From: Candidatus Kapaibacterium sp.
Lineage (GTDB): Bacteria > Bacteroidota > Ignavibacteria > Kapaibacteriales > UBA2268
Assembly: GCA_963664875.1 (NCBI GenBank)
Contig: OY761611.1
Coordinates: 640,001-704,000 of the forward strand
Reading direction: 5' to 3'
Length of the DNA: 64,000 nucleotides
This document shows, one piece after another, positions 20,401 to 30,013 of this stretch. Both the position numbers and the translations under genes were made by a program. How positions within the stretch are numbered: position 1 is the stretch's first letter; the number at the start of each line of letters is the position of its first letter. The notes beneath the pieces were generated by a model. It had not been told where the DNA came from, ran no database searches, and saw only the letters and a list, made by a program, of their open reading frames with translations.

Positions 20401-21542
20401 TTGGGATCGCCTCTAACATCAAGTTTTCCTTCAATGACAGAATTTATAAGTGAATTAAGTTGGCTGATTACGTTTTTTATTCCTTTAGAAATAGATCTTG
20501 ATAAAAACAATGCAATGATAATGACTAAAGCAATGACTATATATAAGATATTTAATATACTGTTATTTAGAGAATTTGCTGCCGCATAAACTTCTGCTTC
20601 ATCAATTTCAGAAATTATCGCCCATTTTATGTTACCTATGTTCAATGGTTCATAAACTGACGCAACTTTATTGCCATTATAGTCGTTTACAAAAGAAAAG
20701 CCACTTTCACCGTTTAATGCTTTTTCAGTTGCTTTGGTTTTCACTCCATTTTTCTCTACTGTTCCTTTTAACGAAGATATCATATTACGATTATCTTTGT
20801 CAAGATATGAGTCAGAACGCATTTTATAATCGCTCCCAACAAGATAAGTTTCTCCTGTTGCACCCATACCTGTTCTTTCCTGCATAATGTTATTAATCTG
20901 ATTTGTTGATATTTGTACAACAACAGAACCAACATATTCTTGATTCAAAAAAACAGGTTCAAGGAAAAACATAGAGGGCTGCATCTCTGAATACTCGTAT
21001 AATTCAAAGTCAGTTATTTGTCCTTGTTTTGTTTCTTTCAAGGTTTGCCAAGCTTTGGCTAAATGATTAGTCTCTGACTTCAATTCTTTTCCATAGTCCT
21101 CTTCTAATGAAACAGAAAGAACAATCCTACCACTATTGGGAGATACGACAAAAACATCATAGAAACCATATTTTTCTTTATACTCTTTGAAATAGCCTAT
21201 ATATTTATCATAAGCCTCTTTTAGTGGTGGATAATTTAACAAATCTGTGCTTAGAGTATGACCCAACTCTTTAGAAATTTTTGACAGACTATCCAACACA
21301 TAAACAGCTTCGGGAATTGTAGGTACTTGAGCCAGTACTTTTACATCCTGAAATCTACGGTCAAAATATCTAACTATGCCGTCTTTTTTAATTTTTGCAA
21401 CAGCTTTTAGTCTGTTAATATTTTCATTTTTCAAGCTCTCTTTGCTTGATTCCGTCGCTAAATTACTTATAACCACTAAGGGAATAATCCCAATTAGAAT
21501 CAAGCTGATAGCAACTTTGAAGCTTATAGATATAGCCTTCAT
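17458..21542 (-). pseudogene. Methyl-accepting chemotaxis protein (Cache-TM-poly-HAMP-MCPsignal), split by a 1-nt frameshift near 18405-18410
   Basis: ORF 18396-21542 encodes TM, Cache, TM and ~15 HAMP-like repeats. ORF 17458-18303 encodes [38 protein letters not shown]. Adding one A in CTC-AA-GAT restores [20 protein letters not shown] (~1361 aa). May be a sequencing error rather than a true pseudogene. Confidence 0.85.
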
Positions 21543-21699
21543 TCAACAACCCCTTGATATTATGATATAGTTATATATTCAACGAATTTATCGATATGAT
21601 TATTTCATATTGTTTTTTTTTTGAATATATTGTATTAAGGCAATTTGCTTTAAATAATATACTTCATTTGTTGATGCTCAAAATCAATACAAAACCTTT

Positions 21700-23115
21700 A
21701 TGCAAAATACATCAATCATCTGCGTCGATTTGGACGACACTCTTATAAAAACTGATATGTTGCTCGAAACTGCAATATCATTTTTGAAAAAAAATATTTT
21801 CAATATTTTTCTTTTGCTATTATGGCTGAGCAAAGGAAAGGAAATTTTGAAGAACGAATTAGCAAAACGCGTAGATTTCGATCCTCAATTACTTCCATAC
21901 AATCAGGAACTTTTGGATTTCTTAAAAAAACAGAATGCACACTTAATACTTGCAACTGCTTCAAACAGAATCATTGCCGAAAAGATTGCTTCTCATTTGG
22001 GTATTTTTCACGAAGTCCTTGCATCTGATGAAAACATAAATCTCAAAGGCAAAAATAAACTTGAAGTTTTGAATAAACAATTTGGAAATGGAAACTATGT
22101 TTATTGTGGAGATTCTAATGCAGATTTGAGCATTTTTAAACAATGCAAAGAATATATTTTAGTAAACCCAAGTGAATCAGTAAAAAGAAAAGCTTTTGCA
22201 ATCAAACCACCTTTGCAATTATTCGAATACAAAAAGCCTTTTTTCGAGTCCATATTTAAGCAAATTAGAGTTTATCAATGGATCAAAAATATACTATTAT
22301 TTTTTCCTCCGCTTTTAGCACATGCTACTGATGCAAAGATATATTCTGCATCAGTTTTAGCTTTTTTTGCTTTTAGTTTTACAGCTTCAGCTATATATGT
22401 ACTCAATGATTTATTTGATCTGGATTCGGACAGGGCACATCCAAGGAAGAGATTCAGACCTTTAGCTGCCGGTGATATTTCAATAGCGGAAGGTATTCTA
22501 TCCTTTGTGTTATTATCATCGTCATCCTTTTTTATTTCAATATATCTTCTGCCCTTAGAATTTTCTTTAATACTCTTGTTCTATTTTATATCCAATTTGG
22601 CTTATTCTTTTAAGCTAAAGTCGATTTACCTTGTAGATATAGTTATACTTGCTTCTCTTTATTCATTGAGAATTTATGCAGGGTCTCTTGCAGTGAATGT
22701 ACCAACCTCTAAATGGTTACTGGCATTTTCAATGTTCATATTCTTAAGCCTTGCATTTTTGAAAAGATATACTGAACTCTTAGACCTTAAAACAAGTAAT
22801 AAAGAAAAAGCAAAAGGACGTGGTTATACTGTTTCAGATATTTCTTTGGTACAATCTTTTGGTACCGCAGCAGGATTATTGTCCATTTTAGTCTATACAT
22901 TGTATCTTGAAAGCAGCTCAGTGAGCCTACTTTACAAAAGACCCGAATTTCTTTATTTGATTTCTCCACTCTTGCTCATTTGGATAAGCAGATTGTGGTT
23001 TAAAGCAAGCCGGGGGTTTATGCATGACGACCCAATTGTATTTACCGCAAAGGATAAAGTAAGTTATTTGATTATTGGCTTGTCTTTTACCTTAGCACTT
23101 GGAGCAACAATATGA
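21700..23115 (+). CDS. HAD-UbiA fusion, polyprenyl-phosphate phosphoribosyltransferase-like
   Basis: N-terminal DLDDTL HAD motif, GDSNADL; UbiA part RVYQWIKN, YVLNDLFDLDSDRAHPRKRFRPLAAG, KRYTEL, MHDDP. Confidence 0.88.
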   Translation: MQNTSIICVDLDDTLIKTDMLLETAISFLKKNIFNIFLLLLWLSKGKEILKNELAKRVDFDPQLLPYNQELLDFLKKQNAHLILATASNRIIAEKIASHLGIFHEVLASDENINLKGKNKLEVLNKQFGNGNYVYCGDSNADLSIFKQCKEYILVNPSESVKRKAFAIKPPLQLFEYKKPFFESIFKQIRVYQWIKNILLFFPPLLAHATDAKIYSASVLAFFAFSFTASAIYVLNDLFDLDSDRAHPRKRFRPLAAGDISIAEGILSFVLLSSSSFFISIYLLPLEFSLILLFYFISNLAYSFKLKSIYLVDIVILASLYSLRIYAGSLAVNVPTSKWLLAFSMFIFLSLAFLKRYTELLDLKTSNKEKAKGRGYTVSDISLVQSFGTAAGLLSILVYTLYLESSSVSLLYKRPEFLYLISPLLLIWISRLWFKASRGFMHDDPIVFTAKDKVSYLIIGLSFTLALGATI

Positions 23116-24401
23116 TAGATAGTTATTATTCATGGGGTCGATATCCTCGTGTTTCACATAACGACGTAAAAAAAATCAACTGGAATGACCAATTAGATGA
23201 GATAGATTTTTCTGTAGAAGAAAACTTTCTCCCCTATGGACTAGGCAAAAGTTATGGTGACAGTTGTTTAAATGAAAATAACGTTCTTATTGATTGTCGA
23301 GGTCTTAAAAGAATTCTTCACTTTGACTCTGATAAAGGCATTATAAAATGCGAAGCCGGAATAACTTTATCTGAGATATTAGATTTTTCAGTTCCACGCG
23401 GTTTTTTTCTTGCTTCTACGCCGGGTACTAAACATATTACCGTCGGTGGTGCAATTGCTAACGATGTCCATGGAAAAAACCATCACGTAGGTGGTACTTT
23501 TGGGGTTCACCTAATCGAATTTACACTACTAAGAAGTAACGGATCTAAAATAATCTGCTCAAGAGACGAGAACAGTTATATGTTTTCTGCAACGATTGGA
23601 GGTTTAGGTTTAACAGGCATTATTACTGATGCCACATTTTCCTTAAAGCCATGTAAAAATGCCTTCTTTAAGATGGATGCTATCAAATTTGATTCATTAG
23701 AAGAGTTCTTTGAAATAAACGAGGACTCTGAAGAGCGGTTTGATTATACCGTGTCTTGGATTGACCCAAATCACCTTCGGGGTATTTACAATAGAGGAAA
23801 TCATCTAAATGAAGAAACAGATTTAGAACTTCCAAAGCCTAAATCTATACCTTTTCCTTTTGATGCTCCATTTATAAATCCTCTATCTGTAGCAACATTC
23901 AATAGTTTATACTACCATAAACAGAACAACAAAACGGAAAGTGACATAGTCCACTTCGACCCATTCTTTTATCCGTTAGATGCTTTTCTTGGATGGAACA
24001 AAGCTTATGGTAAAGAAGGATTTTTGCAATATCAGTTTGTGATTCCTTTTGATAATGGTCTAACTAACCTGAAAGCTATAATAAAGAAAATCGCACATTC
24101 CGGACTTTCATCATTTTTAACTGTTTTGAAAACATTCGGCTCAGTGAAAAGTCCCGGAATGCTATCCTTTCCACGTCCCGGCATTACAATGGCAATAGAC
24201 TTCAGAATGACATCTAAGACTTTGTCCATTTTAGAAGATATTGACAAACTTGTAGCAGACTGTGGTGGTGTATTGTATCCGGCAAAAGATGCCAGAATGT
24301 CGCCTGAGAATTTTCAAAAATTTTATCCTCAATGGAAAGATTTTTCGCAATACATTGACCCTAAATTCTCTTCAAGTTTTTGGAGAAGGGTAACAAGATA
24401 A
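23112..24401 (+). CDS. FAD-binding oxidoreductase, DprE1-like
   Basis: GLGKSYGD, PGTKHITVGGAIANDVHGKNHH, GGLGLTG, FFYPLD, YPAKDARM. Confidence 0.88.
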   Translation: MIDSYYSWGRYPRVSHNDVKKINWNDQLDEIDFSVEENFLPYGLGKSYGDSCLNENNVLIDCRGLKRILHFDSDKGIIKCEAGITLSEILDFSVPRGFFLASTPGTKHITVGGAIANDVHGKNHHVGGTFGVHLIEFTLLRSNGSKIICSRDENSYMFSATIGGLGLTGIITDATFSLKPCKNAFFKMDAIKFDSLEEFFEINEDSEERFDYTVSWIDPNHLRGIYNRGNHLNEETDLELPKPKSIPFPFDAPFINPLSVATFNSLYYHKQNNKTESDIVHFDPFFYPLDAFLGWNKAYGKEGFLQYQFVIPFDNGLTNLKAIIKKIAHSGLSSFLTVLKTFGSVKSPGMLSFPRPGITMAIDFRMTSKTLSILEDIDKLVADCGGVLYPAKDARMSPENFQKFYPQWKDFSQYIDPKFSSSFWRRVTR

Positions 24402-24423
24402 TTTATAATCAAAAGAAATAGAT

Positions 24424-25161
24424 ATGAAAAAAGTAGTAATTATTGGTGCCACTTCGGCAATAGCTCATCAAACAGCAATACTATTTGCAAAGAAAAAATA
24501 CAGTATATCTCTTTGCGGTAGAAATTTAGAACGCTTAGAAACAGTAAAATCTGATATAATCAGCAGACATAAAACAGAGATTTTTATAAAAGAATTTGAT
24601 GTTTGCGATTTTAATAATATGCGAAGTAACATAGACTCTATAATCAATCAACTTGCTGGAATAGATATTCTTCTTATTGCACATGGTCTTCTTCCTGACC
24701 AAACAGAATCTCAAAATTCAGTTGAAAAGATAATTAAGAATATGAATGTTAATGCAAATTCTGTAATGGCTATTTGTTCTATTGTAGCAGAAAAAATGGA
24801 AGAACAAGGAAACGGGACTATTGCTGTTATTTCTTCAGTAGCAGGAGACAGAGGAAGACAAAGTAACTATATATATGGCTCAGCTAAGGCTGCAGTTAGT
24901 TCGTTCTTACAGGGATTACGAAATAGACTATATCATAAAGGAGTGCATGTTCTTACAATCAAGCCCGGATTCGTTGATACACCAATGACTGCTCATTTAG
25001 AAAAGAATTTCCTTTTTGCACAAGCTGATTCTGTTGCTAAAGGCATTATGGAAGCAATTGAAGCAAAAAAAGATGTAGTTTATCTTCCTAAGTTTTGGGC
25101 ATTAATTATGTGGATAGTTAAGCATATTCCGGAATCCATTTTCAAAAAACTAAAAATGTAA
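24424..25161 (+). CDS. SDR oxidoreductase, DprE2-like
   Basis: GATSAIA, SSVAGDRGRQSNYIYGSAK (YxxxK), KPGFVDTPMT. Confidence 0.88.
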   Translation: MKKVVIIGATSAIAHQTAILFAKKKYSISLCGRNLERLETVKSDIISRHKTEIFIKEFDVCDFNNMRSNIDSIINQLAGIDILLIAHGLLPDQTESQNSVEKIIKNMNVNANSVMAICSIVAEKMEEQGNGTIAVISSVAGDRGRQSNYIYGSAKAAVSSFLQGLRNRLYHKGVHVLTIKPGFVDTPMTAHLEKNFLFAQADSVAKGIMEAIEAKKDVVYLPKFWALIMWIVKHIPESIFKKLKM

Positions 25162-25179
25162 AACTAACGGTTATATATT

Positions 25180-25920
25180 ATGTCAATTCAAGCGGTTACA
25201 ATTGATTTCTGGAACACAATCTTTGACTCTTCGGACGGAGAAAAAAGAAATAAATACAGACAAAAAAGTCTAATCGAAACTATCGATAAATTAGGAATAA
25301 TGATTACACCTCAGCAGTTCACTGACGCAATGCAGGCAAGCTGGGAGTATTTCAATAGGATATGGAAAAATGACCATGTAACTCCTTCTCCTTTAGAAAC
25401 GGTTACTTTCTTTTGGAACTATCTCAAACTTCCGGAAGATAAAGAGTCTATTGACTATATTGTTGATTGTTTTGCTAATTCTGTATTGGTATATCCTCCT
25501 GAACCAATGCCTAACATACATGGAGCACTTGCTTTATTAAAAACTAAATATAAGTTAGCTATTGTTTCGGATACCGGTTTCTCTACGGGAACTGTCTTAA
25601 CCGAATTACTGAAGAGATTTGAACTTTATGAATACTTTGATGCTTTTAGTTTCAGCAACGAAACAGGCGTTTCTAAACCGCATCCCAAAGCATTCCATAC
25701 AGTTCTGGATCAGTTAGATTGCCAACCCGAAAATGCAATTCATATTGGAGATATAGAAGCAACCGATATAATCGGTGCCAAATCTCTTAATATGTATGCA
25801 ATCAGATATACAGGAGATGTAACAGAGTTTGTGGCAAAAGAAAACCCAAAAATGTCGAAGGCTGACATAGAACTGGATTCGTGGGATAAAATTCCACCTT
25901 TTATATTTAGTCTTGACTAA
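25180..25920 (+). CDS. HAD-superfamily hydrolase
   Basis: DFWNT motif I, VSDT motif II, KPHP, HIGDIEATDIIGA. Confidence 0.87.
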   Translation: MSIQAVTIDFWNTIFDSSDGEKRNKYRQKSLIETIDKLGIMITPQQFTDAMQASWEYFNRIWKNDHVTPSPLETVTFFWNYLKLPEDKESIDYIVDCFANSVLVYPPEPMPNIHGALALLKTKYKLAIVSDTGFSTGTVLTELLKRFELYEYFDAFSFSNETGVSKPHPKAFHTVLDQLDCQPENAIHIGDIEATDIIGAKSLNMYAIRYTGDVTEFVAKENPKMSKADIELDSWDKIPPFIFSLD

Positions 25921-25949
25921 TATTCCATTGTATTGAGTTAAATACTTCG

Positions 25950-25957
25950 TATATTTG
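25950..25957 (+). promoter_or_regulatory. -7 promoter box (TATATTTG) for mnmA
   Basis: TAnnTTTG with a TTG 19 nt upstream. Confidence 0.5.
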
Positions 25958-25991
25958 TAGTCTTATTTTTGACAATAACTATATTAGAAAT

Positions 25992-27086
25992 ATGAACTTA
26001 GATAAAAGCAAAGTACTCCTGCTTATGTCAGGTGGAATAGATTCTTCAGTTTCAGCAAAAGTGCTATTAGACCAAGGCTTCCATGTTATAGGTATGACTA
26101 TGGAACAGCTCAATCTGACAAAGAAATACTTCACTGAAGAAGAATTAAATACAATGTGCATCGATGCTGTAACAGATGCAAAAAAAGTATGCGATATGCT
26201 GGGTATAGAGCATTATGCGATGGACTTTTCTGCTCAGTTTAAGAAAGACATAATAGACAACTTTGTCGATGAATACATGTCGGGCAGAACCCCAAACCCT
26301 TGTGCAAGATGCAATCCTATGATTAAATGGGACTTGTTCCTAAAAGAAGCGGATAAGCTGGGTTGTTATTACATTGCAACCGGTCACTATTCCCGCATTA
26401 GATTCGATGAAGTCTCTCAAAGATATGTTTTATACAAAGGTATTGACGCTTCTAAAGATCAATCTTATGTGAAATGGGGACTGACTCAGGAACAGCTTTC
26501 GAGAACTCTGTTCCCACTTGGTGAAACTACTAAGGTGGACAATAGAAAATTTGCTCAGGAACTTGATCTTCCTGTTTTTAACAAACCCGAATCACAGGAT
26601 ATTTGTTTTATTTCTGACTCCTACCATGAATTTTTGGAGCGAGTTGAGCCGAAAACAAAAGAAGTTGGCGAAGGCTATATTATGTTAGGAGGCAAACCTC
26701 TTGGAAAACATAAAGGTTATCCGTTTTACACAGTCGGACAAAGAAAAGGTCTCGGCGTTTCCCACGAAGAACCGCTTTATGTCAAAAGCATAGATGCTAA
26801 ACATAACGTAATAGAAGTTGTTACTAAAGAAGGCATGGGAAATATGGGGCTGATAGCAACAGATGTGAATCTTATCAAATATGCAGATTTGACTGAAGAA
26901 ACTCTTTTCTCAGTTAAAATCAGATACAACGACAAAGGACGAGACGCGTATTGCAAAATTATAAACGGCGAGCTTCATGTCAGATTTTTAGAACCAAGAG
27001 ACGCAATAACTCCGGGACAGTCTGTCGTCATGTTCGAAGGCAACGATATAGTCGGCGGCGGAGTGATAGACAAAGTTATTGACTAA
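25992..27086 (+). CDS. mnmA: tRNA 2-thiouridine(34) synthase
   Basis: MSGGIDSS, GRTPNPCARCN, ATGHY, KDQSY, ESQDICF, YTVGQRKG, TPGQ. Confidence 0.97.
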   Translation: MNLDKSKVLLLMSGGIDSSVSAKVLLDQGFHVIGMTMEQLNLTKKYFTEEELNTMCIDAVTDAKKVCDMLGIEHYAMDFSAQFKKDIIDNFVDEYMSGRTPNPCARCNPMIKWDLFLKEADKLGCYYIATGHYSRIRFDEVSQRYVLYKGIDASKDQSYVKWGLTQEQLSRTLFPLGETTKVDNRKFAQELDLPVFNKPESQDICFISDSYHEFLERVEPKTKEVGEGYIMLGGKPLGKHKGYPFYTVGQRKGLGVSHEEPLYVKSIDAKHNVIEVVTKEGMGNMGLIATDVNLIKYADLTEETLFSVKIRYNDKGRDAYCKIINGELHVRFLEPRDAITPGQSVVMFEGNDIVGGGVIDKVID

Positions 27087-27094
27087 TTTTTTCC

Positions 27095-27139
27095 CTAAAA
27101 ATGTGATTCTAAATTTTATGTTTAGAATCACATTTTTAG
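27095..27139. terminator. Bidirectional terminator between mnmA and ybjN-like gene
   Basis: Perfect 19-bp inverted repeat CTAAAAATGTGATTCTAAA / TTTAGAATCACATTTTTAG with a 7-nt loop. Confidence 0.7.
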
Positions 27140-27151
27140 AAAAGTTATAAA

Positions 27152-27601
27152 CTATTCTTCGTCATCCAAACTATCAATAAGTCTTTTACCACCTGCAATT
27201 TTCACAATTTCATCGTCATAATGATCCGCTATAATCGCTACAGAGTTTATTGATACTATTAATTCATTAGCATCTAAATTTGTACCAGTGATACAGTGGC
27301 TAAATGAGATAGTATCATCAAACAACAAGCCAAAAGAACCAAAATGTATTTCTGCATTTTTGCGGAGTAGGAATTTCATCAGTTCTGCACTAATATCAGC
27401 TCCGGAAACTACATTAGCTATACATTCGACAGCAGTATCTTTTTCAGTAAAAGGTCTTACTAAAACCATAACTTGAGTAGAACCTCTGTTTATCACATAC
27501 TGACCTTCTTCAAATTTTGTGTGGTCAGGATATTTGCTGTTAAGAATCTCTTCAACTTTATTTATGGTTGACTGAATGAGCTCTTGAGGCGTATTTTCCA
27601 T
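27152..27601 (-). CDS. YbjN/CesT-like (T3SS chaperone fold) protein
   Basis: RGSTQV, ELMKFLLRKNAEIHFGSF, IADHYDDEI..GG pattern. ATG at 27601 with GAGG RBS. Confidence 0.72.
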   Translation of the reverse strand: MENTPQELIQSTINKVEEILNSKYPDHTKFEEGQYVINRGSTQVMVLVRPFTEKDTAVECIANVVSGADISAELMKFLLRKNAEIHFGSFGLLFDDTISFSHCITGTNLDANELIVSINSVAIIADHYDDEIVKIAGGKRLIDSLDDEE

Positions 27602-27647
27602 AGTAATTTCCTCTGTATTTATATTTAAATTTTCCACCTTAATCTCC

Positions 27648-28334
27648 CTATTCATTTTTATTAGAATCTTGCAAAAGTCCCATTTTAGCTTTCAAAGCTA
27701 ACAAGTCAGAATCAACCGCAGAAGAGCTCGAAAGTTGCTTAAATTCTTGATCTAAGGAAGAGCTACCACTGTCTAATGATTCAAATGCTTCTGCTTCAGC
27801 TTCCAATTTTTCTATCTTATCTTCAAATTTATCAAATTTACCAAATGCATCAGATCCTACACCACTCATAGATTGTGCTATTTGCTTTTGAGCTTTTGCA
27901 GCTTGTGAGCGTGCAATCAGAGTACTTTGGCGGCTTCTGGCTTCATCGAGCTTGCGTTTCAGTCCGTTTAGCTGTTCTCTAAGTTTATTTGCAGTCGTTT
28001 TTGCAGCTTCATACATAGGCTGCAAATCATTAAAATTTCTGTCAGCGATTGCTTTTTTCTCTAATGCAGCTTTAGCCAAATCTTCACGATTTGCCTGAAG
28101 TGCCTGCATTGCTTTTTGCTCCCAATCATTTCTTTCGGTATCCGCTTTAGCAATTTTACGTTCTAATGATTTTTCGTTGGCAACTGCCTGAGCCACAGCA
28201 AGAGTAGCTTTATTGACAGATTCTTCCATCTCAATAACCATTTGCTTTATCATTTTTTCAGGGTCTTCTGCCCTATCTAAAGCATCATTCACATTGGATT
28301 TGAAAATATCCGCGATTCTTCCAAAAATACTCAT
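27648..28334 (-). CDS. pspA: PspA/IM30 family protein
   Basis: MSIFGRIADIFKSNVNDALDRAEDPEKMIKQ, EDLAKAAL, coiled coil, LALKAKMG. Confidence 0.93.
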   Translation of the reverse strand: MSIFGRIADIFKSNVNDALDRAEDPEKMIKQMVIEMEESVNKATLAVAQAVANEKSLERKIAKADTERNDWEQKAMQALQANREDLAKAALEKKAIADRNFNDLQPMYEAAKTTANKLREQLNGLKRKLDEARSRQSTLIARSQAAKAQKQIAQSMSGVGSDAFGKFDKFEDKIEKLEAEAEAFESLDSGSSSLDQEFKQLSSSSAVDSDLLALKAKMGLLQDSNKNE

Positions 28335-28516
28335 TTTTCTATACCTCTATTATAATTGAATGTATAAGCAGTTAAGTAAACGAATATAATACAATTTTTG
28401 TTTCAAACCTGCATCTTATATAGAAGTTTTTTATATTTTCTGAAAAATATTTTTTATTCTATCATCGTGATATTGCTTATTTTGAATTTTTATCACTAAC
28501 TTTCTTAGAGGATTAG

Positions 28517-28837
28517 ATGAAATTTGATATGCAAAGTATGCTTGCACAAGCTCAAAAGATGCAAGAGGAAATGGAAAGAATTAAAAAAGAAGTCGAATCA
28601 AAAATTATTACTGCTGAAGCCGGTGGTGGCATGGTAACTGTTACAATGACAGGTGCGCAAGATTTGAAATCAATCAAAATAGCCAAAGAAGCAGTTGATC
28701 CTCGTGATGTTGAAATGCTTGAAGATTTGATTGTAGCTGCAATAAACAAAGCAAACAAAGAAGCTAAGGACATTGCTGCAAATCAAATGGGTGGACTTTC
28801 AGGTATGTTACCAAATATTCCGGGCTTAAATTTTTAG
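28517..28837 (+). CDS. ybaB: YbaB/EbfC nucleoid-associated protein
   Basis: QAQKMQ, AGGGMVTV, DVEMLEDLIVAAIN; adjacent to recR. Confidence 0.95.
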   Translation: MKFDMQSMLAQAQKMQEEMERIKKEVESKIITAEAGGGMVTVTMTGAQDLKSIKIAKEAVDPRDVEMLEDLIVAAINKANKEAKDIAANQMGGLSGMLPNIPGLNF

Positions 28838-28845
28838 GTTAAATA

Positions 28846-29439
28846 ATGCAATATTCCTCTGATTCCATAAATAAAGTAATTGACTATTTTTCTTCTCTTC
28901 CTTCGATAGGTAGGAAAACTGCACAACGTTTGACTTATCATATATTAAGGCAGCCTACCGAATATGTAGATAAGTTTGCTCAATCTATGACCGAAATGAT
29001 GCAGCATGTAAAATTTTGCTCTGTATGCTTAAACTATACTGAAAGTGACCCATGCCCTATCTGTCAATCGCACAAAAGAAACAAAAACATTATCTGTGTA
29101 GTCGAAGATCCCAATGATGTTTTAGCTTTGGAACGAACGAATGAATACTTTGGATTGTATCATGTGTTACATGGTATCCTGAATCCCTTGGACGGAATTG
29201 GGCCTGAAGATATTAAAATCAGAGAATTACTTGCTCGACTCAGTGATGTTGATGAAGTGATTTTAGCGATAAATCCAAGCGTAGAAGGTGAAGTAACTAT
29301 GCAATACCTATCTAAAATGATAAAACCTTTGGAGATAAAGGTAAGCAGGCTTGCAAGCGGTCTTCCTATGGGTGGAGCTATCGAATACTCTGATGAAGCA
29401 ACATTGTCCAAAGCTTTAGAAAGCAGAATTACTATATGA
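28846..29439 (+). CDS. recR: Recombination mediator RecR
   Basis: LPSIGRKTAQRL, CxxC-CxxC zinc finger, YHVLHG, EGEVT TOPRIM. Confidence 0.97.
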   Translation: MQYSSDSINKVIDYFSSLPSIGRKTAQRLTYHILRQPTEYVDKFAQSMTEMMQHVKFCSVCLNYTESDPCPICQSHKRNKNIICVVEDPNDVLALERTNEYFGLYHVLHGILNPLDGIGPEDIKIRELLARLSDVDEVILAINPSVEGEVTMQYLSKMIKPLEIKVSRLASGLPMGGAIEYSDEATLSKALESRITI

Positions 29440-30008
29440 GATATTTACTTGTTACCATATTACTTGTCGTAACTTCTTGCGGGGTCTTCGAACCAAGAGA
29501 CCCCGAAGAACCAACAAAAGGTAATAGTAGCTTTGTACCTCCAACTACTTATAGCATAGTAATTCAAAATTTGGTTCAGGCAATAGCTGAGAAAAATACA
29601 GATAATTACATCAGCTGCTTTGTCAGTTCTTCTGATATGCCGGATTATATTTTTGTACCATCCGGAGAGATACTTGCTACTTATCCTGATATGACATCAT
29701 ATTGGAATATTGGTGAAGAAAAGCGGTATTTTACTACTGAAATTGCTTCACTATCTGAAACTGCTGCTCCTTCTCTTTCTCTCTCAGAACTAAATTATGA
29801 ATCGCTATCGCCGGATTCTATCTCATTTACTTCTGACTATTCTCTAAAAGTACCTACTCCTACAACTTCTATCAACGCAGAATATAAAGGTAAACTCCAA
29901 TTTATAGTAATAAAAAACAAACTAAACGGACTTTGGTTTGTATATTATTGGAAAGATATTTCGATTGAAAATTTTGAATCATGGAGTAGCTTGAAAGCTA
30001 AGAGTTAG
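29436..30008 (+). CDS. Hypothetical lipoprotein (NTF2/SnoaL-like)
   Basis: Lipobox VTSC, FEPRDPEEP, C-terminal W-x-V-x-x-W-x-D; ATGA overlap with the recR stop. Confidence 0.65.
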   Translation: MRYLLVTILLVVTSCGVFEPRDPEEPTKGNSSFVPPTTYSIVIQNLVQAIAEKNTDNYISCFVSSSDMPDYIFVPSGEILATYPDMTSYWNIGEEKRYFTTEIASLSETAAPSLSLSELNYESLSPDSISFTSDYSLKVPTPTTSINAEYKGKLQFIVIKNKLNGLWFVYYWKDISIENFESWSSLKAKS

Positions 30009-30013
30009 TCAAT

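Noticed and set aside
27095-27139. Perfect 19-bp inverted repeat as a possible MITE or REP (likewise 12109-12156)
   Set aside because: Each occurs once, they are unrelated in sequence, and both lie between convergent genes; best explained as bidirectional terminators.
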